DNA of 64,000 bases from Nitrospinaceae bacterium. GTDB taxonomy: Bacteria > Nitrospinota > Nitrospinia > Nitrospinales > Nitrospinaceae. The notes under the pieces are model-generated. The model had not been told where the DNA came from and did no database searches. It was given only the letters and a program-made list of their open reading frames with translations. A program made the position numbers and the translations under genes. Location of the stretch: assembly GCA_965237905.1 (NCBI GenBank), contig OZ250172.1:832001-896000 (forward strand). Reading direction: 5' to 3'. Of this stretch, positions 52,446-61,784 are shown piece by piece (positions within the stretch are counted from its first letter, which is position 1; each line of letters begins with the position of its first letter).

Positions 52446-53933
52446 TCAACTCCCTTTTTTCATGGGCAGCCATAAAGTAACTTTTGTCCTTATGCCGACT
52501 TGACTATCGATGTCAATCCCGCCTAAATGTTGTTCCATGATTCCTTTTACAATTGGCAGACCCAGTCCAACCCCAAAACTTTTTGTGCTGTACAACGGTT
52601 CATAAATTTTCTCTAAACTTGCCTGTGGTATTCCTTCACCGCTATCGGTAATGACCACTTCCACTCTATCTTGATCGACGCGACTTTCTATCGTCAGTCT
52701 CATATCTTTTTGCTCTGACTGCTCTGGTTTTTTACCGGGTTTGACTTTAGTCATAGCCTGAATTCCATTTTGGATAACATTGATAACAGCCCGGCGAAAA
52801 CTTTCATTGTCGATATAAACAACGGCCTGTGACTTTAAGTTTGTTGTGACAGTCATTGCTTCAGGTATGGATTGTTCATCAATCAACTCATTTAGCCACG
52901 GGTCCATCTTAACAGGCTCAAGGCTTTTTTCCTGAAGCCGGGTAAAATCCAAAAGCTCCTCAATAATATGGTCACAGCGAACCACGTTTCTTTCAATCCT
53001 GTCTAACTCGGGTTCCAGAGCGTAGTTGTTTTTACTGACCAATTGCTTGATATTAAAAATAGTATTGCGAATTGTTCCCAAAGGGTTCCGAATTTCGTGA
53101 CTTACCATCGCAGACAGGGTGCCCATAACCGCCAGTTTTTCCTTACTCACAAGTTCCTTTTGAGCCGCCTCCAGCTCTCTGGTTCGCTCATTAACTAATT
53201 CTTCAAGGTTAGAACGGTATTGAGCCAATGTTTGATCTCTACTCTGAATTTGCGTCAGCATTTCGTTAAATCCGGTGTATAGAACCCCCAGCTCATCCTT
53301 CCCCTCATAAGTCGCCCTTAACGAATAGTCCGTGAGCTGGGATACTTTTTGAGCCGTTTGAGCTAAAGATAATATAGGCTCCGAGATAAACCTTTGCAAT
53401 AGAACGGAAAGAGGGATAGAAACTAATAAAATGATGGAGAAAATTCCAACCACCAATATCAATTGGTTTTCAATCTTGGCTTCCATTTCATTTAAATTTG
53501 CTTTGATATAAATCTTTCCCAAGACTTCGTCTTCCAAAACAATATTTTTAATAATTTCAATCCCTCGTTTCGTAATCTCTTGTCCTTCATGGTCGAACGG
53601 TGGCGGTCCGAATTGTGCGTTTTTATTCCTGGAATAGGTCGCAAAAATCTGGCCATCTGTTAAATAAATGACGGCAAAGTCAATCTGCTTTTCATCCTCC
53701 AAAGAGGAAAGAATCCTTCTCCCTGTCCTTGCGTCCTCAAAAAGAATGGCCGCTCGACTCATGGATCCAATGGCCGACGCAAGCACTGAGAGACTTTCCA
53801 CTATATTCGTTTTCAGGGTCTTGATATCGTTATAGACTAATATACTCCCTTGCAAAAGCAACGTAAACGTCACCAACGCAACCAGCAACAGGACCAACTT
53901 CCTTTTAATGGAATAGGCGCTAAAAGGTTTCAC
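52446..53933 (-). CDS. Membrane sensor histidine kinase (periplasmic sensor, HAMP)
   Basis: Two TMs, DELGVLYTGFNEML HAMP, VSHEIRNPL and GVGLGL. Confidence 0.92.
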   Translation of the reverse strand: MKPFSAYSIKRKLVLLLVALVTFTLLLQGSILVYNDIKTLKTNIVESLSVLASAIGSMSRAAILFEDARTGRRILSSLEDEKQIDFAVIYLTDGQIFATYSRNKNAQFGPPPFDHEGQEITKRGIEIIKNIVLEDEVLGKIYIKANLNEMEAKIENQLILVVGIFSIILLVSIPLSVLLQRFISEPILSLAQTAQKVSQLTDYSLRATYEGKDELGVLYTGFNEMLTQIQSRDQTLAQYRSNLEELVNERTRELEAAQKELVSKEKLAVMGTLSAMVSHEIRNPLGTIRNTIFNIKQLVSKNNYALEPELDRIERNVVRCDHIIEELLDFTRLQEKSLEPVKMDPWLNELIDEQSIPEAMTVTTNLKSQAVVYIDNESFRRAVINVIQNGIQAMTKVKPGKKPEQSEQKDMRLTIESRVDQDRVEVVITDSGEGIPQASLEKIYEPLYSTKSFGVGLGLPIVKGIMEQHLGGIDIDSQVGIRTKVTLWLPMKKGS

Positions 53934-54592
53934 TGGCAGGCCCCTCCCCGAACAAGGGTTGCCAGGTCCAACAGCTCGGAGCTCGCCTTGAATCTCTTAG
54001 CATCCAAACATTGCTTGTTGATCTCAAGTTTGACCCTGTTTTCAACCACCAGGAGATTAATGTCTATTCCCCGCTCGGCAAAACCTTCCGTATCCCCAAC
54101 GGTTAGAATTGGAAGAGCTTTTGTTTGCCTGACAATTCGCTCAACATCGAATCTTTCAGAAAAACTGACAAAAAGAATATCGCATCCCTGAAAATCACTT
54201 CGGGATACATCGAGTTCGATTTCCAGAGGATGTTCTTTAGAGCGGTGCTTTTTCTCAAGACGGTGCAGAATAGAGCCAAAGGGGTTGTCTCCTACAACGC
54301 AAATTTTATATTCATTGTTATTTTTGTAAACATCTGATTGGGGCGGCCATTTGACAAACCGGGTGAATTGGTAAATAAAACCCGCCTTGATCGCATAGGC
54401 CCGCGAGCTCGTTTCCTGGGCAATGGCTTGTGAAGAGAGAAGATGGCTTGATATGACAAAGGACAGCGCTAATACAAGAAAATAACCAGGGAGGGATTTG
54501 AATAATTTACGGGGAAGGGGTTTTGACATGAGATTACCATCAATTTCAGTAGACCGGTCCAATAGGTTTGTTCCTGGGTAATTTTCTGTCAA
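53930..54592 (-). CDS. YfiR/DUF4154-family periplasmic protein
   Basis: IKAGFIYQFTRFVKWP, ICVVGDNPF, CDILFVS, ILTVGD and SSELLDLA; start may be 54529. Confidence 0.88.
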   Translation of the reverse strand: MTENYPGTNLLDRSTEIDGNLMSKPLPRKLFKSLPGYFLVLALSFVISSHLLSSQAIAQETSSRAYAIKAGFIYQFTRFVKWPPQSDVYKNNNEYKICVVGDNPFGSILHRLEKKHRSKEHPLEIELDVSRSDFQGCDILFVSFSERFDVERIVRQTKALPILTVGDTEGFAERGIDINLLVVENRVKLEINKQCLDAKRFKASSELLDLATLVRGGACQ

Positions 54593-54672
54593 ATACTCCT
54601 GCTTGTTTCGATTAAAAATCTAATGGAATCAACCGCCATTTCTATGAACCGTGGAAATATAAGTTACTTACC

Positions 54673-57003
54673 CTAAAACTTAAGGGTGGCCTTCAGGTAA
54701 TAACTGCGCTGGGTTTCCGATTCCACTTCAAGCAACTCATTGAGTTCCGGATGAGACGGATCCAGTAAATTCTGGGCGACAAAAGACAGGTCGACATCTT
54801 TCATGGGCTGCCAGCCCAAACGCACATCCAACCGGCCGTATTCTGGAATGGACCGAGACTTGTTTTTACTCACATAATAATAAAAAGTATCCAGCTCTAA
54901 ATTGTAGGGCAGGTTAAGGTAAGAACGGATATTAAAAATATGGCTCGGCTCCCCTTCGGCCTCCAGATCCCCTTCGGTGTTGAAAGCATTCGGATCAATG
55001 ACAGCATTGGGTAAGGTATGAAGTTGAATCTCAGCGAATGTATAACTCCCGGAAAGCCGCCAGTTCGGAAGAATCTCCCATTGTCCGCTCAATTCCACAC
55101 CGTAAACTTCACCCTCCAAAGAATTATCATTAAGAATGGGGATAATGTCGTGAAAGCCTGTTGGAACCGGTGGGCCGGGTTGGAAAAACAAGGGCGTCCC
55201 GTTGTTAAGCTCAATGAGGTTGTCGTAATCGAAATAATAGGCGGTGATATCAAAATTCAATTTTTTACTGGCTTTCAACCGGTAACCCAACTCGTAAGCC
55301 AGCAACACTTCCGCATCCGTCCGGCCATCATTGTTTTCTTGAATTAGTGTTGGATTTCCGGTACCAAAGACACCCGGTGCAGGAATGAGGATTCGATTAA
55401 CCCTGAAATCCTCTTCCGAGAGATTCGGTAATCGAACCGCCCGGGAGAAGGCCGCCCATACCGTGTGATCCGGATGCGGGTTCCAGGCCGTGCGGACACT
55501 GGGTTGGAATTCAAATCCGGTAAAAACATTATACTCAACCTTGGTTCCTAAAATCAGGCTTAATTCATCGGGAATCAATTGAATTTCATCATGCAAAAAC
55601 AGGCTCGCCAGATGACTCTCCTGCCTCGAAATTTGAACAATATTTGATGGCTCCCGGTCGAAGTGTACATACCGGTAATTCAAACCCCAGGAGAAATTAT
55701 GACTCTTTTGAAATGTTTGAAATGCAAGATTGTGCTGAAATTCGATGTCGTACTGGTCAACAACCGTGTCAGTAGGAATTCCTGATTTCCGTTTTAAGCG
55801 ATCGTAATAAAGCTGTAGTTGATAAGAAGAGGAATCATCCAGGGTGCGATTCCACCGAGTCAGGAAATTGGCGCCTTCCTGAATCTGGGTACCTTGGAAT
55901 GGAGTCGACCCGGCCGATAAAGAAACAAACCGGCTGGTGAAGTCCAGATCGGCATTCAACCGGTAATAATCGCCCTGCAGGGTGAGAAGGTCCTGCTTGT
56001 TGATCTGCCAATCGGATCTAAACCCTCCCTGGCCTATTTGCTTGTCATCAAAAGAGTCACTTCCATCAGGGTTTTTACCGTCATCCCGGTTTCTGTATTT
56101 GCCATACACCCGGTAATTGAGTTCATTTTTCAGTTTTCCATCCACCATTTTTCCACCCAGTTTTCCACCATAGCGTAGCGTGCCAAATCCTTCTTCTTCG
56201 GTACCCACTCCTCCCGCAACCAATCCGCCCTGGGTTTCCCCGGCGCTTTTGGTGATAATATTGATCACCCCGGCTACCGCGTTAGAACCCCAGAGCGCCG
56301 CTCCCGGACCGCGGATCACTTCAATCCGATCGATATCTTCCAAAACCGTGTCCTGGCCAATCCAAAAAACACCCGAACTTACCGGGCTGTAAATGGATCG
56401 TCCATCCATCAGAACGAGCAGTTTATCCGAACCCAGCCGCCGGTTGAATCCCCGGATGGAAATGGCGTATCGGTTTTGATTGATTTTAGAAACCAACACC
56501 CCGGGCACCATGCGCAGGGCTTCCATAATGTTGACGGCGCCCGATCTGCGGATATCCTCACCCGTCACCACATAGATTGCGGAAGCCGCCTTGTGAACCA
56601 GTTCCGGCCTTTTATTGACGATGGTGGTAGTGAGATCCACTTGCATACGCCCCAGTCCTTGAAGACTTATTTCTCCTCCAAGAGCTTTTTCTTCGTCAGG
56701 GGATAATTTCTCTTCATCTGAAAAAACCGGGCTGGGACCAATGAAAGCCAGGAAAATAATAAAACCACTCAAACAAATGATTCGGAAATCGGATGGTTTC
56801 AAATTCCAGAAGCTTGCGGAAATATTCTGTCTGGGATTTTCAGAGGGAGGGGATGTTGGCTTTTGTTTTTTTTGTGAGTGGACCCGACAAGGGCCACCTT
56901 GTAAAGCCAGCCTGCGAGCGCTTTTAAAAATTCTACCCAATTCGAGAAAATCTTTAATTCCAGTCATCCGAGCCTGACCTTTTGAATGATTGATTTTCTC
57001 CAT
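54673..57003 (-). CDS. TonB-dependent receptor
   Basis: Plug motifs EALRMVPGV, LVLMDGR and DIDRIEVIRGPGAALWGSNAVAGVINIITK; C-terminal QNLLD...LKF; start uncertain. Confidence 0.93.
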   Translation of the reverse strand: MEKINHSKGQARMTGIKDFLELGRIFKSARRLALQGGPCRVHSQKKQKPTSPPSENPRQNISASFWNLKPSDFRIICLSGFIIFLAFIGPSPVFSDEEKLSPDEEKALGGEISLQGLGRMQVDLTTTIVNKRPELVHKAASAIYVVTGEDIRRSGAVNIMEALRMVPGVLVSKINQNRYAISIRGFNRRLGSDKLLVLMDGRSIYSPVSSGVFWIGQDTVLEDIDRIEVIRGPGAALWGSNAVAGVINIITKSAGETQGGLVAGGVGTEEEGFGTLRYGGKLGGKMVDGKLKNELNYRVYGKYRNRDDGKNPDGSDSFDDKQIGQGGFRSDWQINKQDLLTLQGDYYRLNADLDFTSRFVSLSAGSTPFQGTQIQEGANFLTRWNRTLDDSSSYQLQLYYDRLKRKSGIPTDTVVDQYDIEFQHNLAFQTFQKSHNFSWGLNYRYVHFDREPSNIVQISRQESHLASLFLHDEIQLIPDELSLILGTKVEYNVFTGFEFQPSVRTAWNPHPDHTVWAAFSRAVRLPNLSEEDFRVNRILIPAPGVFGTGNPTLIQENNDGRTDAEVLLAYELGYRLKASKKLNFDITAYYFDYDNLIELNNGTPLFFQPGPPVPTGFHDIIPILNDNSLEGEVYGVELSGQWEILPNWRLSGSYTFAEIQLHTLPNAVIDPNAFNTEGDLEAEGEPSHIFNIRSYLNLPYNLELDTFYYYVSKNKSRSIPEYGRLDVRLGWQPMKDVDLSFVAQNLLDPSHPELNELLEVESETQRSYYLKATLKF

Positions 57004-57344
57004 TTCCCAAGGTATTGAGGAAATTGGAGTTGGTTTGATTGTTTTACATTATCTTTCTGAATAAATTTATTATAAGGATTGAACCTGCCTTTTAAAAGGA
57101 TAAAAAGGGCTAAATCAACAATTTTTCTCAAAACCGATATTATATTTACACCGATGCCTATATCTTATTATAAATAAAGCCTTTATTGGATATCGGAAAA
57201 ATAGAGTTACAATTACACTTTTTTGTAGACAAAGATTTCTATTTTTGATACAAAGGTGGAAATTCGACTTACCGTAATTGTGGTGCTTTTCCCAGATAGG
57301 CTCTTTTTACCAAGTATTTTAACTTTAAAATAGAGGGGGAAATT

Positions 57345-57530
57345 ATGGTCCATAAAAACTTTCAAGAAGCCATTGAGCAACTTTCTACAAATGAAGATGT
57401 GAATTCCGAAGAAATCAAAAACCAATTCGGTTTGAATGAGGAAGATATGCGGGCCATGAATTCCGATACCCTCATTCAGGGTGCAACTCAACCAGCACCT
57501 GTGTGGTGTTTGTTCCTGTTGTTAAAGTGA
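57345..57530 (+). CDS. RiPP precursor peptide (acidic helical leader); Cys-rich core lies in the +1 frame
   Basis: GAGGGGG RBS; 61-aa ORF directly upstream of the YcaO genes; +1 frame 57502-57525 reads CGVCSCC*. Confidence 0.75.
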   Translation: MVHKNFQEAIEQLSTNEDVNSEEIKNQFGLNEEDMRAMNSDTLIQGATQPAPVWCLFLLLK

Positions 57531-57551
57531 CACTAACGAAAAGTTTTAATG

Positions 57552-57589
57552 AAAAAGGCATTACTCAAATTTGAGTAATGCCTTTTTTT
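57552..57589 (+). terminator. Strong hairpin/terminator between the precursor and the modification genes
   Basis: aaaaaggcattactcaa-at-ttgagtaatgccttttt perfect inverted repeat with T-run. Confidence 0.85.
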
Positions 57590-57668
57590 ATTTCTAAAAA
57601 ATAATCGAAAATCGATGTTTGATATTCGATAATCATTTTCCAAAGGCAATTGGAAGGAATCAGGGATC

Positions 57669-58748
57669 ATGACTAATCCAGGGATCATGGCTGAAGATAC
57701 CTCGGTAACGGTAGATTACGTCACCGTTCCACTACCCAGAAAACCTCGATTGGCTCCCTGGGTTACTTTAGTGGATCTGGGTGACAATCGCATGCAATTG
57801 CGTGGGGCGGAGTTTTCTTTTACCTTACAGCATCCCTTGTTCATTGAAACCTTCCAATCCGTCCACCCCTTGCTGGACGGTCAGCGCACCGTCGAGGAAA
57901 TCGTCGCTTCCCGCGACCCCAAATATCTGCCCACCACGATTACTTTTTTGCTCAAAATGTTGCGCGCCAACGGTGTTTTGCAGGAAGGAGTGGTTTCCCC
58001 TCCGCCGCCACTGGCTCCGGAAAATCTTAAAGAAAATGAAAACATGGTCCAGTTCTTTTCTCATTTTGTGCTGGATCCGGTGGGCACACTGGCTCTTCTG
58101 CATCAAGCGCGGGTGGCCTTGATCGGTTCCGATTCGATAACAAGCCGGGTTCGCAAGGGTCTCCTGAGCATGGGTTTTGGCTCCCTGGTAGCAATTGAGG
58201 GCCTCAGCAAAAAGACTGCGTATGATCCGTCCCAACTGCATAAGGAAGTCACCGGCCAACTGAAAGAAGTGGATTTCCTCATCGCCTGCCAGGATACAGC
58301 GGATTACCGGTTCTTTCAGACCCTGAACACGGTTTGCCTCGAAACCCAAACCCGCTGGATGCATGTCGCTATTTCCGGAACCAAAGGCCTCATGGGACCC
58401 ACGATCGTACCCCATCAGTCGGCCTGTTATGTCTGTTACGACAAACGAATGGCTTCCAATGCATCGGAACTTCAAGGTTATCTGGCCTACCAAAAACAAA
58501 CTGAACCCTCTAAAAGCGAAGGGTTCTTAAGCCCCTTATGGTCGACCCTGGCGGAGCAGGTCACTTTGGAAGTGGCGCGGATTATTTCGGGATTTGCGCC
58601 GCCCAAAACGATCGGGCGGCTCTATGAGTTTGAGGCGACGACTCCTGTGGTAGAAGGACACGATGTCCTGCGACTACCGCGTTGCCCCGCCTGCAATTTA
58701 AAAGAACCGAAGCGCGAGGCGTGGGATCTGCTCTCATTAAACCAATGA
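57669..58748 (+). CDS. TOMM leader-peptide-binding protein (RRE + ThiF/E1-like YcaO partner)
   Basis: LLDGQRTVEEI...LRANGVL RRE-like segment; MGPTIVPHQSACYVC and HDVLRLPRCPAC motifs. Confidence 0.85.
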   Translation: MTNPGIMAEDTSVTVDYVTVPLPRKPRLAPWVTLVDLGDNRMQLRGAEFSFTLQHPLFIETFQSVHPLLDGQRTVEEIVASRDPKYLPTTITFLLKMLRANGVLQEGVVSPPPPLAPENLKENENMVQFFSHFVLDPVGTLALLHQARVALIGSDSITSRVRKGLLSMGFGSLVAIEGLSKKTAYDPSQLHKEVTGQLKEVDFLIACQDTADYRFFQTLNTVCLETQTRWMHVAISGTKGLMGPTIVPHQSACYVCYDKRMASNASELQGYLAYQKQTEPSKSEGFLSPLWSTLAEQVTLEVARIISGFAPPKTIGRLYEFEATTPVVEGHDVLRLPRCPACNLKEPKREAWDLLSLNQ

Positions 58749-60124
58749 TCGCCTTGAACAATGCTCACCTGTCTCTCAACAACCTGCAAAATGGCTCTCC
58801 CCGAACCCTGTCCGATGCTATCCAAGCCTCCAAAAAATTAATCAGCAAGCGCACCGGTATTATTTCAACGGTGGAATTTGAAAATTTGGCATCCGGCGAG
58901 CCGTCGTTCTATTTAGCTCGAAGTACTCCTGCAAGCAATATCGCCTTAAATGGGATGGAAACGATGAATCAAGGAACTGCCGCCTCTATCGATCCCAAAC
59001 GAGCCATTATGAAATCGGTGGGAGAAAGTATCGAACGGTATTGCCCTGCCCATTTCAAATACGAAGATTTTGTTTTAGCTACTTACAGCGATTTAGACTG
59101 CGAAGCCGTTCACCCGGCGGATTTTGCGCTTTTCAGCGAAAAACAGTATGCCGAGCCCGATTTTCCTTACTCCCGGCTGACGGCATCCACACCTTTGCGT
59201 TGGGTTTCAGCTTATTCTTTAAGCCATGATCGGCCTATCCTGGTTCCAGCCTCCTTTGTTTATATTCCCTATCATTTTGATCCGTTGTATGAAACTTCCT
59301 CTCACAACCCCATTTCAACGGGATTGGCCTGCGGCTCCAATCTGGCGCCGGCTATTTACAAGGGGATCCTTGAAGTCATTGAACGGGATGCCTTCATGAT
59401 CATGTGGCAAAATCAATTGCCCTGCTCAAGAATAGACCTCTCCACTGTCAACGACCCTTTTATTCAATCCATGCTAAATGAGTTGGAAGTGCTACCACTT
59501 GAGTGTGAGGCTTTTCTCATCCCGTCGGATATCGAAGTCCCTGTGGTTATGGTGCTACTCAGAGGCATTTCAGGCCATCTCCCTCATACGGTAGTTGGAG
59601 TATCAGCAGACCTGAATCCCAACAAAGCCCTCACATTGGCCCTGGAAGAAGTGAGTCTGGGTTGGGTGGGAATGGGACGGCATGCTTTGTCTCAAAAAGA
59701 TTATCAACCCTCAGAGAATTACCAAAATGTCAATACCGTAATCCTTCATGGAATAGCCCATGCGGTGGACCCGGATCTCGGCAAGTCTTTGGAATTCATC
59801 AATGCCTCTGGCAAGCCGATTGCCATTCAAGACATACAAAACAGATATGATGAAAATATGGTAAATAATGTACGGCACCTGGTAAATAAGCTGGATGAAA
59901 AAAATTTAAATGTGGTCGTTAAAGACCTGACCACAATCGACGTGGATGAAGTGGGATTCAAAGTGGTCCGTGTAGTGGTGCCCGGGATGCAGCCCCTGGA
60001 TGTCAAACATGCGTACAGATATTTGGGAGGAACCCGGCTCTATGAAGTTCCCTGCCAAATGGGACTGAGAAGCCATCCTCTCACTGAAGAAGAGGTCAAC
60101 CCTTATCCACATATATTTCCTTAA
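58745..60124 (+). CDS. YcaO cyclodehydratase (azoline-forming type)
   Basis: KSVGESIERY, STGLACG, LEVIERDA, RVVVPG and C-terminal Pro-rich NPYPHIFP; ATGA overlap with the partner gene. Confidence 0.93.
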   Translation: MIALNNAHLSLNNLQNGSPRTLSDAIQASKKLISKRTGIISTVEFENLASGEPSFYLARSTPASNIALNGMETMNQGTAASIDPKRAIMKSVGESIERYCPAHFKYEDFVLATYSDLDCEAVHPADFALFSEKQYAEPDFPYSRLTASTPLRWVSAYSLSHDRPILVPASFVYIPYHFDPLYETSSHNPISTGLACGSNLAPAIYKGILEVIERDAFMIMWQNQLPCSRIDLSTVNDPFIQSMLNELEVLPLECEAFLIPSDIEVPVVMVLLRGISGHLPHTVVGVSADLNPNKALTLALEEVSLGWVGMGRHALSQKDYQPSENYQNVNTVILHGIAHAVDPDLGKSLEFINASGKPIAIQDIQNRYDENMVNNVRHLVNKLDEKNLNVVVKDLTTIDVDEVGFKVVRVVVPGMQPLDVKHAYRYLGGTRLYEVPCQMGLRSHPLTEEEVNPYPHIFP

Positions 60125-60142
60125 TCGTAAAGAGATTGGGCC

Positions 60143-60976
60143 ATGTCAAAAATAAGAGCAAATACAGTCCCGGCTTTGGAATCCCAACTGGATCCGCCAC
60201 CTCTTTCCCTGTCCGAGCTTTACCACGAAAACACCAAGTTACATCCCCTGACCGCTCAGGATCTAGGGATAGCACCTTTGAGTGATTTTTCCGCCGCCGA
60301 CCTGCAAGCCATGTCAAGGGCCTACAAACAATATCCCAACGCACCGCGCGTCAAGTTGCCTGCCATTGAAGGCATTCCTCAAAACGGCCGCACGTTTGAT
60401 GAGGTAATTTCATCCCGGAGAAGCTTACGGGATTTTGCCGATCTGGATTTAGACCTGGATGATTTGTCCAAGATCCTGCACCAAAGTTATGGGATCACCG
60501 GAGAAGTTCCAAGCAACAGGGGATTCCGCCAGGATTTGAGATCCGCTCCCTCGGCGGGAGCCCTCTACCCGGCTGAAATCTATATTGCCGTCCGGAAAGT
60601 TGCCGATGTCGAGCCTGGAATCTATCATTACAATGTGCCGAATCATGAACTGGAATTAATGATGCCGGGCGACCCCACCGAAAAAATCCACGAAGTTTGT
60701 GTTGGGCAAGAACATGTTCTTAAGTCCTCTGTCGTGGTTCTGATCTCCGGAGTCCTGGAGCGGATCAAACTCAAGTATGGCGAACGTGGGTACCGCTATG
60801 TCTTACTCGATATTGGACATCTCGGCCAGAATATTTATCTCGCCTGCACCTCTTTGGACCTGGCCGTCATGACCACCTGCGGCTTTTTTGACGACGAAGC
60901 CAATAAACTCCTGCGCATCGATGGAGTGGACGAAACCGCCATGTACGTGGCCTTCATCGGAAAACGGCAAGCCTAG
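60143..60976 (+). CDS. SagB/ThcOx-family FMN-dependent azoline dehydrogenase
   Basis: RRSLRDF, RSAPSAGALYP and KYGERGYRYVLLDIGHLGQN motifs. Confidence 0.92.
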   Translation: MSKIRANTVPALESQLDPPPLSLSELYHENTKLHPLTAQDLGIAPLSDFSAADLQAMSRAYKQYPNAPRVKLPAIEGIPQNGRTFDEVISSRRSLRDFADLDLDLDDLSKILHQSYGITGEVPSNRGFRQDLRSAPSAGALYPAEIYIAVRKVADVEPGIYHYNVPNHELELMMPGDPTEKIHEVCVGQEHVLKSSVVVLISGVLERIKLKYGERGYRYVLLDIGHLGQNIYLACTSLDLAVMTTCGFFDDEANKLLRIDGVDETAMYVAFIGKRQA

Positions 60977-61078
60977 TCCAACGGGAATCTGTCGGAGTTC
61001 AAAAACCCTGCACAATCTGCAACCTCTCGCCACCAACCATCCATCAACGGCCACACGCCGCATTTTTTATCACCCACC

Positions 61079-61107
61079 TTGACACGCCCTACCCACGATT
61101 TTATTTA
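61079..61107 (+). promoter_or_regulatory. Candidate sigma-70-type promoter of hsp20
   Basis: TTGACA-N17-TATTTA. Confidence 0.45.
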
Positions 61108-61179
61108 TAGATCAGGAAAGATGGTTCGGTACCGAACTGGAATATCTGCAACTTTAAAACTTATTTCAGGAGGATCATC

Positions 61180-61623
61180 ATGAACATCGTCAAATATGCA
61201 CCTAAAACCTATGCGGATCGATTTTTTGATACCGATCAATTTTTCAACGATTTCTGGCCGTGGGCTCCGGTTGAAGGCCGGCGTGGTTTCGGCGGGGACC
61301 TGAAAGTCAACATCGTTGAGAACGAGGATAACTACACCCTGACGGCTGAGGTTCCTGGCATGAAGGAAAAGGATATCGACCTCGAGATTAAAGACGGTCA
61401 GATGACCCTGAAAGGCCATGTCGAGGAATCGCAGGAGAAGGAAGAGAACCATTACCGGATGCGGGAATTCAGCCGCAGAAGCTTTGAGCGCTCTTTCAGG
61501 ATCAGCGAAGGGATCGACCCGGATCATATTTCCGCCAAACTGGAAAATGGCGTCCTGACGGTGGTTTTGCCCAGGAAGGAAGAAGCCAAACCAAAAACCG
61601 TCAAAGTGGAAATTGGTTCCTAA
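61180..61623 (+). CDS. Hsp20/alpha-crystallin small heat-shock protein
   Basis: AEVPGM, FERSFRI and AKLENGVLTVVLP motifs; AGGAGG RBS. Confidence 0.95.
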   Translation: MNIVKYAPKTYADRFFDTDQFFNDFWPWAPVEGRRGFGGDLKVNIVENEDNYTLTAEVPGMKEKDIDLEIKDGQMTLKGHVEESQEKEENHYRMREFSRRSFERSFRISEGIDPDHISAKLENGVLTVVLPRKEEAKPKTVKVEIGS

Positions 61624-61636
61624 TCTCGTAAAAACC

Positions 61637-61672
61637 AACCCGCGTTTTCTTTGGAAACGCGGGTTTTTTTTA
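61637..61672 (+). terminator. Rho-independent terminator after hsp20
   Basis: aacccgcgtttt...aaacgcgggtt followed by a T-run. Confidence 0.85.
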
Positions 61673-61784
61673 TTATTTTCTGTTATATAATATAAAATTG
61701 ACTTTTAAATCATTAACCCGGCATTTTCACCCATAGGCCGGATGGAAATCTCTTTTAGCCCTGCATCATCAGGAAGGAAAAACA

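Noticed and set aside
57657..57690. Direct repeat cagggatcatg giving two in-frame starts for the YcaO partner
   Set aside because: Real but short; most simply a local duplication affecting only start choice
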